NCBI GenBank assembly: GCA_964553875.1
Contig: CAZKNH010000005.1
Span: 1,762-65,761, forward strand
Source: an uncultured Gammaproteobacteria bacterium
Lineage (GTDB): Bacteria; Pseudomonadota; Gammaproteobacteria; Steroidobacterales; Rariloculaceae
Direction of reading: 5' to 3'
DNA: 64,000 bases
Positions 18,145-27,424 of the stretch are shown one piece after another. The notes under the pieces were generated by a model. That model did not search any database. It had not been told where the DNA came from and saw only the letters and a program-made list of their open reading frames with translations. Both the position numbers and the translations under genes were made by a program. Positions within the stretch are counted from its first letter, which is position 1. Every line of letters starts with the position of its first letter.

Positions 18145-18930
18145 CTAGATTCTCTCGGCGAAGGCCGGCTCGACGCGCTTGAAGAAGCGAAAGCCGAAAA
18201 ACAGCAAAGCGAGACCTACGGCGGCGCTATAGCCCAGCCAAGGGAGATCCGGCGCTCGCCCCCTTACGATGACGAACTCGACGCTTTCGAGCACCGGAGC
18301 GACCGGATTGAGCAGAATGAACTCGCGTGCGTCCCCGACCATGTCGGTCGTATAGAGCACGGGCGTGAAGAAGATGCCGAAGGTGAGGAACACCTCGACG
18401 ATGTACTTCACGTCCCTGAAGAAGAGACTGGCCGCCGATACGAAGAAGCCGATGCCGAGGCAAAGCGAAACCAGCACGACGAGAAGCACTGGCAGCCACA
18501 GCACCTGCAGCCCGACTTCGAGCCCCGCGAGCGTCAGGGCCACCGTGAGCGCGGCGGACGCGACCATGAAGTCGAACATGTTCGAGATGACCGTCGAGAT
18601 CGGGAATATCTCCCTGGGAAAGTAGATTTTCGTCACCAGGTTCGCATTACCGATCAGGCACGAGGTCGAAAAGCGCACCGTCGAGACGAAGAACGCCCAG
18701 GGCACGGATTTCACTGCCACCGCTGCAATGTCGGTCATCCTGAGCGGCGTATTCGACAGGACCGAGTACCCGTATCGCACGATGACGCCGGCAAGCACGA
18801 TCAGCATGGGCATCAGCAACGCCCACAGGAATCCCATGACCGACTGCTTGTACTTGATCCGGATGTCGCGATACGCGAGCGTCCACAACAATTCCCTGTA
18901 CTGGACGAGATCGGCGAGTGCCTGCCGCAT
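18145..18930 (-). CDS. wzm: ABC-2 type polysaccharide exporter permease
   Basis: 261 aa. YRELLWTLAYRDIRIKYKQSVMGFLWALLMP is the classic ABC-2/Wzm N-terminus, followed by about 6 hydrophobic spans. Confidence 0.8.
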   Translation of the reverse strand: MRQALADLVQYRELLWTLAYRDIRIKYKQSVMGFLWALLMPMLIVLAGVIVRYGYSVLSNTPLRMTDIAAVAVKSVPWAFFVSTVRFSTSCLIGNANLVTKIYFPREIFPISTVISNMFDFMVASAALTVALTLAGLEVGLQVLWLPVLLVVLVSLCLGIGFFVSAASLFFRDVKYIVEVFLTFGIFFTPVLYTTDMVGDAREFILLNPVAPVLESVEFVIVRGRAPDLPWLGYSAAVGLALLFFGFRFFKRVEPAFAERI

Positions 18931-18993
18931 CGATGGATCCTACTCGCCTAGCCGGAAACCGGTCGGGCTAGGACGACGCAAAGCAAATCGGGT

Positions 18994-19015
18994 GCCGCGG
19001 CCGGGAACCCGCGGC
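18994..19015 (-). terminator. weak candidate terminator hairpin downstream of the UDP-xylose synthase gene
   Basis: gccgcgg-ccgggaac-ccgcggc (7-bp stem). On the minus strand it is followed by ACCCGATTTGCTTTG. Confidence 0.3.
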
Positions 19016-19060
19016 TCACATGGGCCGACGGACGAGACGAGACTGGTCGGAACCATGCCG

Positions 19061-20044
19061 TCATGACGCCGTGGACCACGCCTTCTCCGTCTTCCCGGAC
19101 AGCAGGTTGTCGAAGTAGGCGATCGTCGGCGGCAGACCTTCGCGAAGCGGCGTCACGGCTTTCCATCCGAGCTGCGTCTCCGCGAGCGTGGTATCGGGCT
19201 TGCGCTGCCGCGGATCATCCGACGGCAGCGGCCTGCGCACGATCTTCGAGCGTGAGTTCGTGAGCTCCAGCACCAGCTCGGCCAGCTCTGCGATCGTGAA
19301 CTCGGTCCCGTTCCCGAGGTTCACCGGCCCAGTGAACTCGTCCGGGGAATCCATCAGCCGCAAGAAGCCCTCGATCAGATCCGAAACATAGCAGAAAGAT
19401 CGGGTTTGCGAACCGTCGCCGTAGATCGTGATCGGCTCGTTGGTCAGGGCCTGCACGATGAAGTTGGAGACGACCCGTCCATCGTTCGGGTGCATCCTCG
19501 GCCCGTAGGTGTTGAAGATCCGGGCCACCTTGATGCGCAGGCGATGCTGGCGGTGGTAGTCGAAAAACAGTGTTTCCGCGCAACGTTTACCCTCGTCGTA
19601 GCACGAGCGCAGGCCGATCGGGTTCACGTGCCCCCAATACGTCTCCGGCTGCGGGTGCACTTCCGGGTCGCCGTAGACCTCGCTGGTCGACGCCTGAAAG
19701 ATCTTCGCCTTCAAGCGCTTGGCCAGCCCCAGCATGTTGATCGAGCCGTGCACGCTCGTCTTCGTGGTTTGCACGGGATCGTTCTGATAGTGGATCGGCG
19801 ATGCGGGGCACGCGAGATTGAAGATCTCGTCGACTTCGACGTACAGAGGAAACGTGATGTCGTGGCGCATCAGCTCGAACCTCGGATTGTCGAGCAGGTG
19901 CGCGACGTTACGCTTCGTTCCCGTGTAAAAGTTGTCGACGCAAAGCACGTCCCGCCCCATGGCAAGCAACCGCTCGCACAGGTGAGAGCCTAGAAAGCCC
20001 GCGCCACCGGTAACAAGCACCCTGATAACGGTTGGATCCTTCAC
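19061..20044 (-). CDS. UDP-glucuronate decarboxylase (UDP-xylose synthase)
   Basis: [41 protein letters not shown] and [10 protein letters not shown] match the UXS/ArnA-decarboxylase SDR family closely. The start (GTG at 20044) is uncertain; the track ORF to 20479 is an N-terminal over-extension. Confidence 0.85.
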   Translation of the reverse strand: MKDPTVIRVLVTGGAGFLGSHLCERLLAMGRDVLCVDNFYTGTKRNVAHLLDNPRFELMRHDITFPLYVEVDEIFNLACPASPIHYQNDPVQTTKTSVHGSINMLGLAKRLKAKIFQASTSEVYGDPEVHPQPETYWGHVNPIGLRSCYDEGKRCAETLFFDYHRQHRLRIKVARIFNTYGPRMHPNDGRVVSNFIVQALTNEPITIYGDGSQTRSFCYVSDLIEGFLRLMDSPDEFTGPVNLGNGTEFTIAELAELVLELTNSRSKIVRRPLPSDDPRQRKPDTTLAETQLGWKAVTPLREGLPPTIAYFDNLLSGKTEKAWSTAS

Positions 20045-20465
20045 GTTCTGGCCGCTCTGATTAGGTTGTTGTGGGCTGTCAGCAGCGCGACGGCCGACAG
20101 CGCGGTCGTTGTACCTGGCTGGCGTCAGATTATGCCAGATGGCGGCTGACGGAATTGTGATACGCATCCCTGCGCGCGCACCTCGACGAACGCGTCTGCA
20201 ATCGGTCGAAGGCTGCTCGGACGGGAGTAAGCTTGCACGGTTCACGTTTCCACGCTCGCCTGCTTCGAGCCTCTCGTTCCGATGATAGAATCGCCGGGCA
20301 AAAACGCGTGCGAGGCATCCCGTTCCCCCTGCATGGCAAGCGCCCGGGTAGCGGTAACGGCCTGAGCACGCGGCCAGGCCCCAGGGGCCGAATGGCAAGC
20401 ACCGGCCTCGCAGCGCATTGCGCCGGCGAGCTGGCGACGCTTCCCTGACAAGAAGAGCCAACAGA

Positions 20466-22403
20466 ATGTGCGGGATCACCGGTATCGTCGATCTTCGCGG
20501 TCAGCGGCCGATCGACGAGCGGACGCTGCGCCGAATGAACGCTGCGTTGACCCACCGAGGACCGGATGGAGACGGATTCCATGTCGAACCCGGTGTCGGC
20601 TTGGGTCACCGCCGGCTTTCGATCATCGATCTGGCCGGCGGCGCACAACCCCTCTACAACGAAGACCGTTCCGTCGTCGTCACCTACAACGGCGAAATCT
20701 ACAACTACCGCGAGCTCGTCACGGAGCTGACTGCGCTCGGCCACCGCTTCAGTACCCACTGCGACACCGAGGTCATAGTCCACGGGTGGGAAGAATGGGG
20801 CGTCCGTTGCCTCGATCGGTTCAACGGCATGTTCGCGTTCGCCTTGTGGGACCGGCGCAACCAGGTGCTGTTCCTCGCACGCGATCGACTCGGCATCAAG
20901 CCGCTTCACTACTCGTTCCTCGCGGACGGCTCGATCGTGTTCGGCTCGGAGCTCAAAGCCGTCACGGCGCATCCCGGCGTCGATCGGAAGCTCGACGCCA
21001 AGGCCATCGAGGAATTCTTCGCCTTCGGCTACTCGGCGGATCCGCGCAGCGTCTACGAGCACGTGAAGAAGCTCGAAGCGGGCACGTACCTGCTGCTCCG
21101 GCGCGGCGAGCTGCCGAAACCCGCCGTCCGCTACTGGGACGTGGCGCTCGATCGCCCGGCCGCCGTGAACGATGTTTCCCCCGATGTGCTCGAGGAGCTT
21201 CGCTCGCGGCTGAAGGCCGCGGTGGGCCGGCAGCTGGTCTCGGACGTTCCGCTCGGAGCGTTCCTCTCCGGCGGCATCGACTCGAGCGCCGTCGTGGCGA
21301 TGATGCGCGAGCTGATCCCCGGATCCATCCTGACGTGCTCGATCGGGTTCCGCGAGCCTCAGTACGACGAATCGAGGCACGCGAACCTCGTCGCGCAGCT
21401 CAAGCGCACGGATCACAAGTCGGAGGTCGTCGAAGCCTCGGATTACACCCTGCTCGATCGGCTGGTCGGCATCTATGACGAACCTTATGCCGACAGCTCC
21501 GCGATCCCGACGTACCGCGTCTGCGAGCTCGCGCGCCGCCATGTCACGGTCGCGCTCTCCGGAGACGGCGGCGACGAAAGCTTCATCGGCTATCGGCGCT
21601 ACAGGCTTTTCTCTGCCGAGGAGCGGCTGCGCGCGCTGCTGCCCGCGCCGTTGCGGCGGGCCGTGTTCGGCCCCCTCGGCGAGATCTATCCGAAGCTCGA
21701 TTGGGCACCGCGAGTCTTTCGAGGCAAGTCGACGTTCCAGGCGCTCGCCCGCGAGTCCCTGGACGCTTACCTGCACGCCGTATCGATCTTCCCGGAGGCG
21801 AACCGCGTAGAGCTCTACTCCGAGCGTTTCCTGTCGGAGCTGCAGGGTTACCGAGCGCGCGAGGTCTTCAAACGGTACCTGCGCGACAAGGAATTCCCGG
21901 ACAGCCTGCGAATGGTTCAGTACCTCGATTTCAAGACCTATCTGCCGTGCGACATCCTGACGAAGGTGGATCGGGCTAGCATGGCCCATAGCCTCGAGGT
22001 CCGCGTACCGCTGCTCGATCACGAGTTCGTGAGCTGGGTCGCCGGACTCGGGACGCGCACGAAGCTGAAAGGCGGCGACGGCAAGCACATACTCAAGCAG
22101 GCCCTACGCCCGGTCCTCCCGGACGACGTGCTGTACCGGCGTAAGATGGGCTTCGCAGTTCCGATCGACGTGTGGTTCCGCGGGCCCCTGCGCCAGCACG
22201 TCGCGGCGACGGTTACCGGACCGCGCCTCAAGGAATGCGGGCTGTTCAAGCCGGAGCAGCTCGATCGCCTCGTCAGCGAGCATCGATCGGGCCGCCGGAA
22301 TCACAAGCCCATTTTGTGGTCGCTGCTGATGTTCGACGGCTTCCTGCAGGCGCAGCAGCAATCGCCGGAGATGCCAGAGCAGTGCGCGGCGGCGAACGCA
22401 TAG
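20466..22403 (+). CDS. asnB: asparagine synthase-family glutamine amidotransferase (XrtA/PEP-CTERM 'amidotransferase 1'-like)
   Basis: [10 protein letters not shown] (Ntn Cys2), [23 protein letters not shown]-loop. 645 aa from the ATG at 20466. Confidence 0.85.
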   Translation: MCGITGIVDLRGQRPIDERTLRRMNAALTHRGPDGDGFHVEPGVGLGHRRLSIIDLAGGAQPLYNEDRSVVVTYNGEIYNYRELVTELTALGHRFSTHCDTEVIVHGWEEWGVRCLDRFNGMFAFALWDRRNQVLFLARDRLGIKPLHYSFLADGSIVFGSELKAVTAHPGVDRKLDAKAIEEFFAFGYSADPRSVYEHVKKLEAGTYLLLRRGELPKPAVRYWDVALDRPAAVNDVSPDVLEELRSRLKAAVGRQLVSDVPLGAFLSGGIDSSAVVAMMRELIPGSILTCSIGFREPQYDESRHANLVAQLKRTDHKSEVVEASDYTLLDRLVGIYDEPYADSSAIPTYRVCELARRHVTVALSGDGGDESFIGYRRYRLFSAEERLRALLPAPLRRAVFGPLGEIYPKLDWAPRVFRGKSTFQALARESLDAYLHAVSIFPEANRVELYSERFLSELQGYRAREVFKRYLRDKEFPDSLRMVQYLDFKTYLPCDILTKVDRASMAHSLEVRVPLLDHEFVSWVAGLGTRTKLKGGDGKHILKQALRPVLPDDVLYRRKMGFAVPIDVWFRGPLRQHVAATVTGPRLKECGLFKPEQLDRLVSEHRSGRRNHKPILWSLLMFDGFLQAQQQSPEMPEQCAAANA

Positions 22404-23629
22404 TCAGCGTCTGCCGCTGGCTGCCGTCGCCGGACGATCCGATCGCGGGCTTGTTCGTCCAAAGGCGGCTCGAGGCGCTCGGCAAACTGGCCGACGTCGA
22501 GGTGCTCCAGCCGATACCGTACTTCCCGGGGCTCCGACGCATCCCCGCGTGGGCGACGGCGCGAACGCGCCGCTCGGGCGGGCTCGAGATCCATCATCGG
22601 CCGATGTTCTACATCCCGAAGGTGCTGAAATCCCTCGACGGCTACTGGTTGTACCGCTCGATTCGAGACGCCGTCCGCCGGGCTCACGCGGAGCGGCGGA
22701 TCGACGCGATCGACGCCCACTTCGGCTATCCGGACGGCGTCGGCGCCGGGCGGGCCGCGCGCAGCCTCGGCATCCCCTACTTCATCACGTTCCGCGGCCT
22801 CGAGGCGGACTACGTGGACGATCCACAGATCGCGCCGCAGATCCGAGACGCCGTCACACACGCCGCCGGCTGCGTCTGCGTCGCTCACTTCTTGCGTGAC
22901 GTCGCGCTTCGCTACGGCGCCGAGCCGCGCCGTATCGGCGTGATTCACAACGCGGTCGACCGGGCGCTCTTCAAGCCGGGGGACCGCGCGGAAGCACGCG
23001 CGGCGCTCTCGATCGAGCCCGACTGCAAGCTCGTCGTCTCCGTCGGGAACCTGCTCGCGGTCAAAGGTCACCGGACACTGATCGCTGCATTCGCAGCGGT
23101 CCGCGCACGCATGCCGACCGCTCGCCTCGCGATCATCGGCGGCGCCGCTCACGAGCCCGACCACCCCGCGAAGCTCGCGGAGCAGGTGCGCGCGCTCGGG
23201 CTCGGCGATGCCGTGACCTTCGTCGGCAAGCTTCCGCCGCCCGAGGTCGTGCGGTGGCTTCGTGCCGCGGATGCGTTCGCGCTCGCGTCGCGCCGCGAAG
23301 GTTGCTGCAACGCCGTGCTCGAAGCGCTCGCGACCGGCGTGCCGGTCGTCGCGACGTCGGTCGGCGACAATCCGTACTTCGTCCAGGACGGCGCGAACGG
23401 CCATCTCGTGCCGGTGGATGACGTCGACGCGTTTGCCGCCGCGCTCGAGGCGGCTTTGGCGCGCGAGAGCTGGGACCCCGCCCGCATCTCCGCATCGCTG
23501 CGCGCCGGAGACTGGTCCGAAGTCGCGATACAGGTCTTGGACTTCTTCCGCGAACGCCTTCAGGATCTCGCACTGGACCGGCCGATGGCCGGCACCGGTC
23601 TGCCAGCACATCACGGACATCAGCGATGA
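22382..23629 (+). CDS. glycosyltransferase family 1 (GT-B)
   Basis: A GTG at 22382 overlaps the asnB 3' end. Has SRREGCCNAVLEALATGVPVVATSVGDNPYFV (EX7E block). Confidence 0.75.
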   Translation: MRGGERIVSVCRWLPSPDDPIAGLFVQRRLEALGKLADVEVLQPIPYFPGLRRIPAWATARTRRSGGLEIHHRPMFYIPKVLKSLDGYWLYRSIRDAVRRAHAERRIDAIDAHFGYPDGVGAGRAARSLGIPYFITFRGLEADYVDDPQIAPQIRDAVTHAAGCVCVAHFLRDVALRYGAEPRRIGVIHNAVDRALFKPGDRAEARAALSIEPDCKLVVSVGNLLAVKGHRTLIAAFAAVRARMPTARLAIIGGAAHEPDHPAKLAEQVRALGLGDAVTFVGKLPPPEVVRWLRAADAFALASRREGCCNAVLEALATGVPVVATSVGDNPYFVQDGANGHLVPVDDVDAFAAALEAALARESWDPARISASLRAGDWSEVAIQVLDFFRERLQDLALDRPMAGTGLPAHHGHQR

Positions 23630-24942
23630 AAGTTTGCGTAATCGGTCTCGGCTACGTCGGAGCGGTGACGGCCGCCTGCCTCGCGCGCGACGGACACGAG
23701 GTGTTGGGAATCGATCGCGATCCGGTCAAGCTCGAGCTCCTCTCGAAGGGCCTCGCGCCCGTGATCGAGGACAAGATCGGCGAGATTACGCGGCAAGCGG
23801 CCGACAGCGGCAGACTGAAGGTCGCGAGCTCGGTCGACGGCGCGGCGACCGAGTGCGATCTGATCTTCGTATGCGTCGGTACTCCCTCGCTCAGGAACGG
23901 CGAGCAGGACTTGTCTGCGGTGCGGCGGGTCGCCGAGGAGCTCGGCGTCGCGTTGCGCACGGCGGCGGGCTATCCGGTCATCGTTCTGCGCTCGACGGTC
24001 TACCCCGGCACCACGGAGGACGTCGTATGCCCCATTCTGGAGGAGAACTCCGGGATGCGTGCGGGCGTCGACTTCGGCGTGTGCTTCCAGCCGGAGTTCC
24101 TTCGCGAGGGCTCGTCCGTCGACGATTTTTACAATCCGCCGTTCACGATAGTCGGCAGCGCCACGGCGCGCGCCACCGAGAAGGTCCGGGAGCTGTTCGG
24201 CAAGTTCCCCGCGCCGTTCTTCGAGACCACTTACCGGGTCGCGGAGATGCTGAAGCTCACCTGCAACGTCTTCCATGCGCTCAAGATTTCGTTCGCGAAC
24301 GAGATCGGGCGTCTGAGCCAGAGCCTCGGCGTCGATGCGCGGGACGTCATGCGGCTCGTTTGCCAGGACACGAGCCTCAACATCTCGCCCGCCTATCTGC
24401 GCCCCGGCTTCGCGTTCGGCGGCTCGTGCCTGCCGAAGGACCTGCGCGCGATTCTCCACCTCGCGAGAACCAGCGACGTGCAGTTGCCGATGCTGAGCGC
24501 AGTCGTGCAGACGAACGAGCTGCACATCGACCACGCCGCGCAGATGGTGATGGACGCGGGCTCCCGCAAGGTCGGCATGATCGGCCTGTCGTTCAAGCCC
24601 GGCACGGACGATCTGCGCGAGAGCCCGTTGGTGAGCCTCGCGGAGCGGCTGATCGGCAAGGGCTACGACCTGCGCATCTTCGACCCGGCCGTGAACCTTT
24701 CTCGCCTCATCGGCGCCAACAAGCGCTTCATCGAGGAAACGATTCCGCACATCGAGTCGCTGCTCGTGGCGGACATCGACGCGGTGCTCGAGCACTGCGA
24801 CGTGCTCGTCGTCGGGCAAAAGCACGAACGGTTGCAGGCGCTCCTCGCCCGGCACGGCGAGCGCCTGCGCCGCGTCGTCGATCTCGTCGGGCTGCCCCGC
24901 GAGTCGCTCGGGACGATCGCTATCGTCGGGGCCTGCTGGTGA
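23626..24942 (+). CDS. algD: GDP-mannose 6-dehydrogenase
   Basis: 438 aa. MKVCVIGLGYVGAVTAACLA, PEFLREG, GFAFGGSCLPKDL and a C-terminal ...IVGACW are collinear with what I recall of P. aeruginosa AlgD (which ends ...GICW). ATGA overlap with the upstream gene. Confidence 0.8.
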   Translation: MKVCVIGLGYVGAVTAACLARDGHEVLGIDRDPVKLELLSKGLAPVIEDKIGEITRQAADSGRLKVASSVDGAATECDLIFVCVGTPSLRNGEQDLSAVRRVAEELGVALRTAAGYPVIVLRSTVYPGTTEDVVCPILEENSGMRAGVDFGVCFQPEFLREGSSVDDFYNPPFTIVGSATARATEKVRELFGKFPAPFFETTYRVAEMLKLTCNVFHALKISFANEIGRLSQSLGVDARDVMRLVCQDTSLNISPAYLRPGFAFGGSCLPKDLRAILHLARTSDVQLPMLSAVVQTNELHIDHAAQMVMDAGSRKVGMIGLSFKPGTDDLRESPLVSLAERLIGKGYDLRIFDPAVNLSRLIGANKRFIEETIPHIESLLVADIDAVLEHCDVLVVGQKHERLQALLARHGERLRRVVDLVGLPRESLGTIAIVGACW

Positions 24943-26156
24943 TGACACGGCGGGAGCTTCTGTTCGTCTCCACCCGTTTTCTTTTCCCGGTCGACTCCGG
25001 CGGCAAGATCAGGACCACGCAAATTCTGCGGGGGTTGAAAGGAGGCGCCTTCCGCACGGTGCTCGTATCGCCCGCCACGGAGGAGCTTGCCGAGCGCTAC
25101 CGTCGGAGCCTCGAGGAAGTGTGCGACGAGTTCCATTGGTGGCCGCAGGAGCGACGCGGACGGGCGTTCCACTACACGCGTCTGCGTCATGCGCTCGGCC
25201 GGCTCCCGATCCCGGTACGCACGGACCGGCAGCCGAAAGGCATCGCGCTCGTCGCGCGGCTGCTCGAGCGTAGGCCGGCCGTCGCGGTGTTCGATTTCGC
25301 GCACGCCGCCGTGCTCGCCCCGGAACGATTGCCGTGCCCGTCGGTCGTTTTCACTCACAACGTGGAGGCGGAGATCTTCGAGCGGCATCTGCGCGTCGCA
25401 CGCAACCCGGCGGCAAGGCTCTTTTGGCGGAGCCAGCACGCCAAGATGCGCGCGTTCGAGGCCGACGCCCTCAAGCGGTTCGACGTCGTCGTCGCGGTTG
25501 CGGACCGGGACGCGGAAAGGTTCTCGCGCGAATACGGCGTGCGGAACACGTGCGTAATCCCGACCGGGGTCGATCTCGATTTCTTCGGCTATGCGCCGCC
25601 CGAGAGCTCCCGGGACGTCGTTTTCTGCGGCTCGATGGATTGGCTGGCCAATCAGGAAGCGATCGCCTATTTCATGGACGACGTATGGCCGCTCGTCACG
25701 GCGCGCCTGCCCGATGCGCGCATGACCGTCGTCGGGCGCGCGCCCCCTCGCAGGCTGCTCGCCGAAGCCGCAAGGCGCGGGCTCGACTGGACCTTCACCG
25801 ACTTCGTCGACGACGTCCGCAAGTACGTGCAGGGCGCCGGCGTCAGCGTCTTGCCGCTTCGGGTCGGCGGCGGCACCCGCCTCAAGGTCTACGAGGCAAT
25901 GGCCATGGGGACGCCGCTCGTATCGACGGCGATCGGCGTGGAGGGACTGCCGTTGACGGCCGGAGAGCACTACGTGCTCGCGGACGACGCCGAGCAGATG
26001 GCGCGCGCGGTGACCGACCTGCTCGGCGACGCGGAGCGGCGCCACGCGCTGTCGCGGCGCGCGCGCGATTACGTCGAAAGCAACTTTTCGTATCGCGTCG
26101 CGGCGCAAGTATTCGAGGCCGCTTGCGAGCGGGCGATTGCGCAGCGGACGGCCTGA
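24942..26156 (+). CDS. glycosyltransferase family 1 (PEP-CTERM/EpsH1-associated 'stp1'-like)
   Basis: The ATG at 24942 overlaps the algD-like TGA (24940-24942). Has FLFPVDSGGKIRTTQILRGL at the N-terminus and GGGTRLKVYEAMAMGTPLVST. Confidence 0.75.
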   Translation: MTRRELLFVSTRFLFPVDSGGKIRTTQILRGLKGGAFRTVLVSPATEELAERYRRSLEEVCDEFHWWPQERRGRAFHYTRLRHALGRLPIPVRTDRQPKGIALVARLLERRPAVAVFDFAHAAVLAPERLPCPSVVFTHNVEAEIFERHLRVARNPAARLFWRSQHAKMRAFEADALKRFDVVVAVADRDAERFSREYGVRNTCVIPTGVDLDFFGYAPPESSRDVVFCGSMDWLANQEAIAYFMDDVWPLVTARLPDARMTVVGRAPPRRLLAEAARRGLDWTFTDFVDDVRKYVQGAGVSVLPLRVGGGTRLKVYEAMAMGTPLVSTAIGVEGLPLTAGEHYVLADDAEQMARAVTDLLGDAERRHALSRRARDYVESNFSYRVAAQVFEAACERAIAQRTA

Positions 26157-26157
26157 C

Positions 26158-27309
26158 ATGAGCGCACTCGAGATCGCATTCTGGGTCCTCGCGGCTACCG
26201 TCGTCTACGTGTACGCCGGCTACCCGCTGCTCCTGATCTGCCTGCGTGTGCTGCTCCCGAGGAAGCCGGTCCAGGCAGGCAGCGTGGAGCCGCACGTGAC
26301 GCTCGTGATCTCCGCCTACAACGAGGCAGCGGTCATCGAGAAGAAGCTCAGCAACAGCCTCGACCTCGACTACCCGCGCGATCGGCTCGACGTGCTGGTC
26401 GTGTCCGATGCCTCGGACGACGGCACGGACGAGATCGTCGCCGGATTCGCGGATCGGGGCGTGCGGCTGATCCGGATGCCCGAGCGCGGCGGTAAGACGC
26501 TCGGCTTGAACGAGGCCGTGAAGAACGCGCTCGGCGAGATCGTCGTGTTCTCCGACGCGAACGCGCTCTACCGTCGCGATGCCATCCGCATGCTCGTCCG
26601 CAACTTCGCCGACCCGGCGGTCGGCGCGGTGATCGGCGAGTCGACCTACTCCGCTGCTACCAACGATTCCGAGCAGACCGAGTCGTCGTATTGGCGCTAC
26701 GAGACCGCCATCAAGCGCCTCGAGTCCGACCTCGGCTCCGTGGTCGGCGGCGACGGCGCAATCTACGCGATCCGCAAGAGCTGTTACTGGCCGATGCCCG
26801 CGGATGCACTATCCGATTTCGTGAATCCGCTGCAGATCGTCCAGCAAGGCTACCGTTGCGTGTACGAGCCAGCCGCCGTCTCGGTCGAGGAAGCGGCCGG
26901 CAGCTTCGACAAGGAGTTCCGGCGCAAAGTACGCATCGTCAACCGCGCCTGGAGGGCGATGGTCCGGCTCCGGCATCTGCTGAATCCGTTCCGCTACGGC
27001 CTGTTCTCGCTGCAATTGTTGTCGCACAAGGTGTTGCGCTGGCTCGTCCCGGTATTTCTTCTGGCGCTCTTGGCGGTCAACGTCGCCCTCGCGCGGACGC
27101 AGGCGCTGTACGCTGCGGCGCTCGGGCTGCAGATCGCGTTCTACCTGCTTGCGGCGGTCGGCTACTCGTTGCGGCATTCCGGCCGCATGCCCTTCTTCGT
27201 CTCGATTCCGTTCTACTTTTGCCTCGTCAACGTCGCATCGCTCCGGGGCGTGATCGATGCTTACCGCGGGAGGTCGTATACGATTTGGACGCCCGCGCGG
27301 ACCGACTGA
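26158..27309 (+). CDS. membrane-embedded glycosyltransferase family 2
   Basis: MSALEIAFWVLAATVVYVYAGYPLLLI (TM), VTLVISAYNE, VVSDASDDGTD, FSDAN, and C-terminal TM helices. Confidence 0.8.
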   Translation: MSALEIAFWVLAATVVYVYAGYPLLLICLRVLLPRKPVQAGSVEPHVTLVISAYNEAAVIEKKLSNSLDLDYPRDRLDVLVVSDASDDGTDEIVAGFADRGVRLIRMPERGGKTLGLNEAVKNALGEIVVFSDANALYRRDAIRMLVRNFADPAVGAVIGESTYSAATNDSEQTESSYWRYETAIKRLESDLGSVVGGDGAIYAIRKSCYWPMPADALSDFVNPLQIVQQGYRCVYEPAAVSVEEAAGSFDKEFRRKVRIVNRAWRAMVRLRHLLNPFRYGLFSLQLLSHKVLRWLVPVFLLALLAVNVALARTQALYAAALGLQIAFYLLAAVGYSLRHSGRMPFFVSIPFYFCLVNVASLRGVIDAYRGRSYTIWTPARTD

Positions 27310-27424
27310 GCGCGCCGGGAAGGCCGGGCCGTTCACGGAACGCCCGGCGATCTTGTGCTATGTTCGACGGGTTCCGCAGAACGCGAACCGGGCCACACCC
27401 TCGATGGACCGACGGTAGAGCGCG

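Noticed and set aside
20333-20400. 9-bp direct repeat ATGGCAAGC (20333-20341 and 20392-20400) in the uxs/asnB divergent region, considered as tandem sigma-54 -24 boxes (TGGCA)
   Set aside because: Neither copy has a GC dinucleotide at the correct -12 spacing, and a 9-mer repeated once could be chance.
20130-22088. 652-aa ORF antisense to asnB. The same applies to 47529..49628 (antisense to the second asnB), 60009..61646 (antisense to ugd), 58419..59930, 56558..58063, 39917..41257 and 40527..42407.
   Set aside because: All are mirror ORFs opposite genes with strong motif support, and none has recognisable domains.
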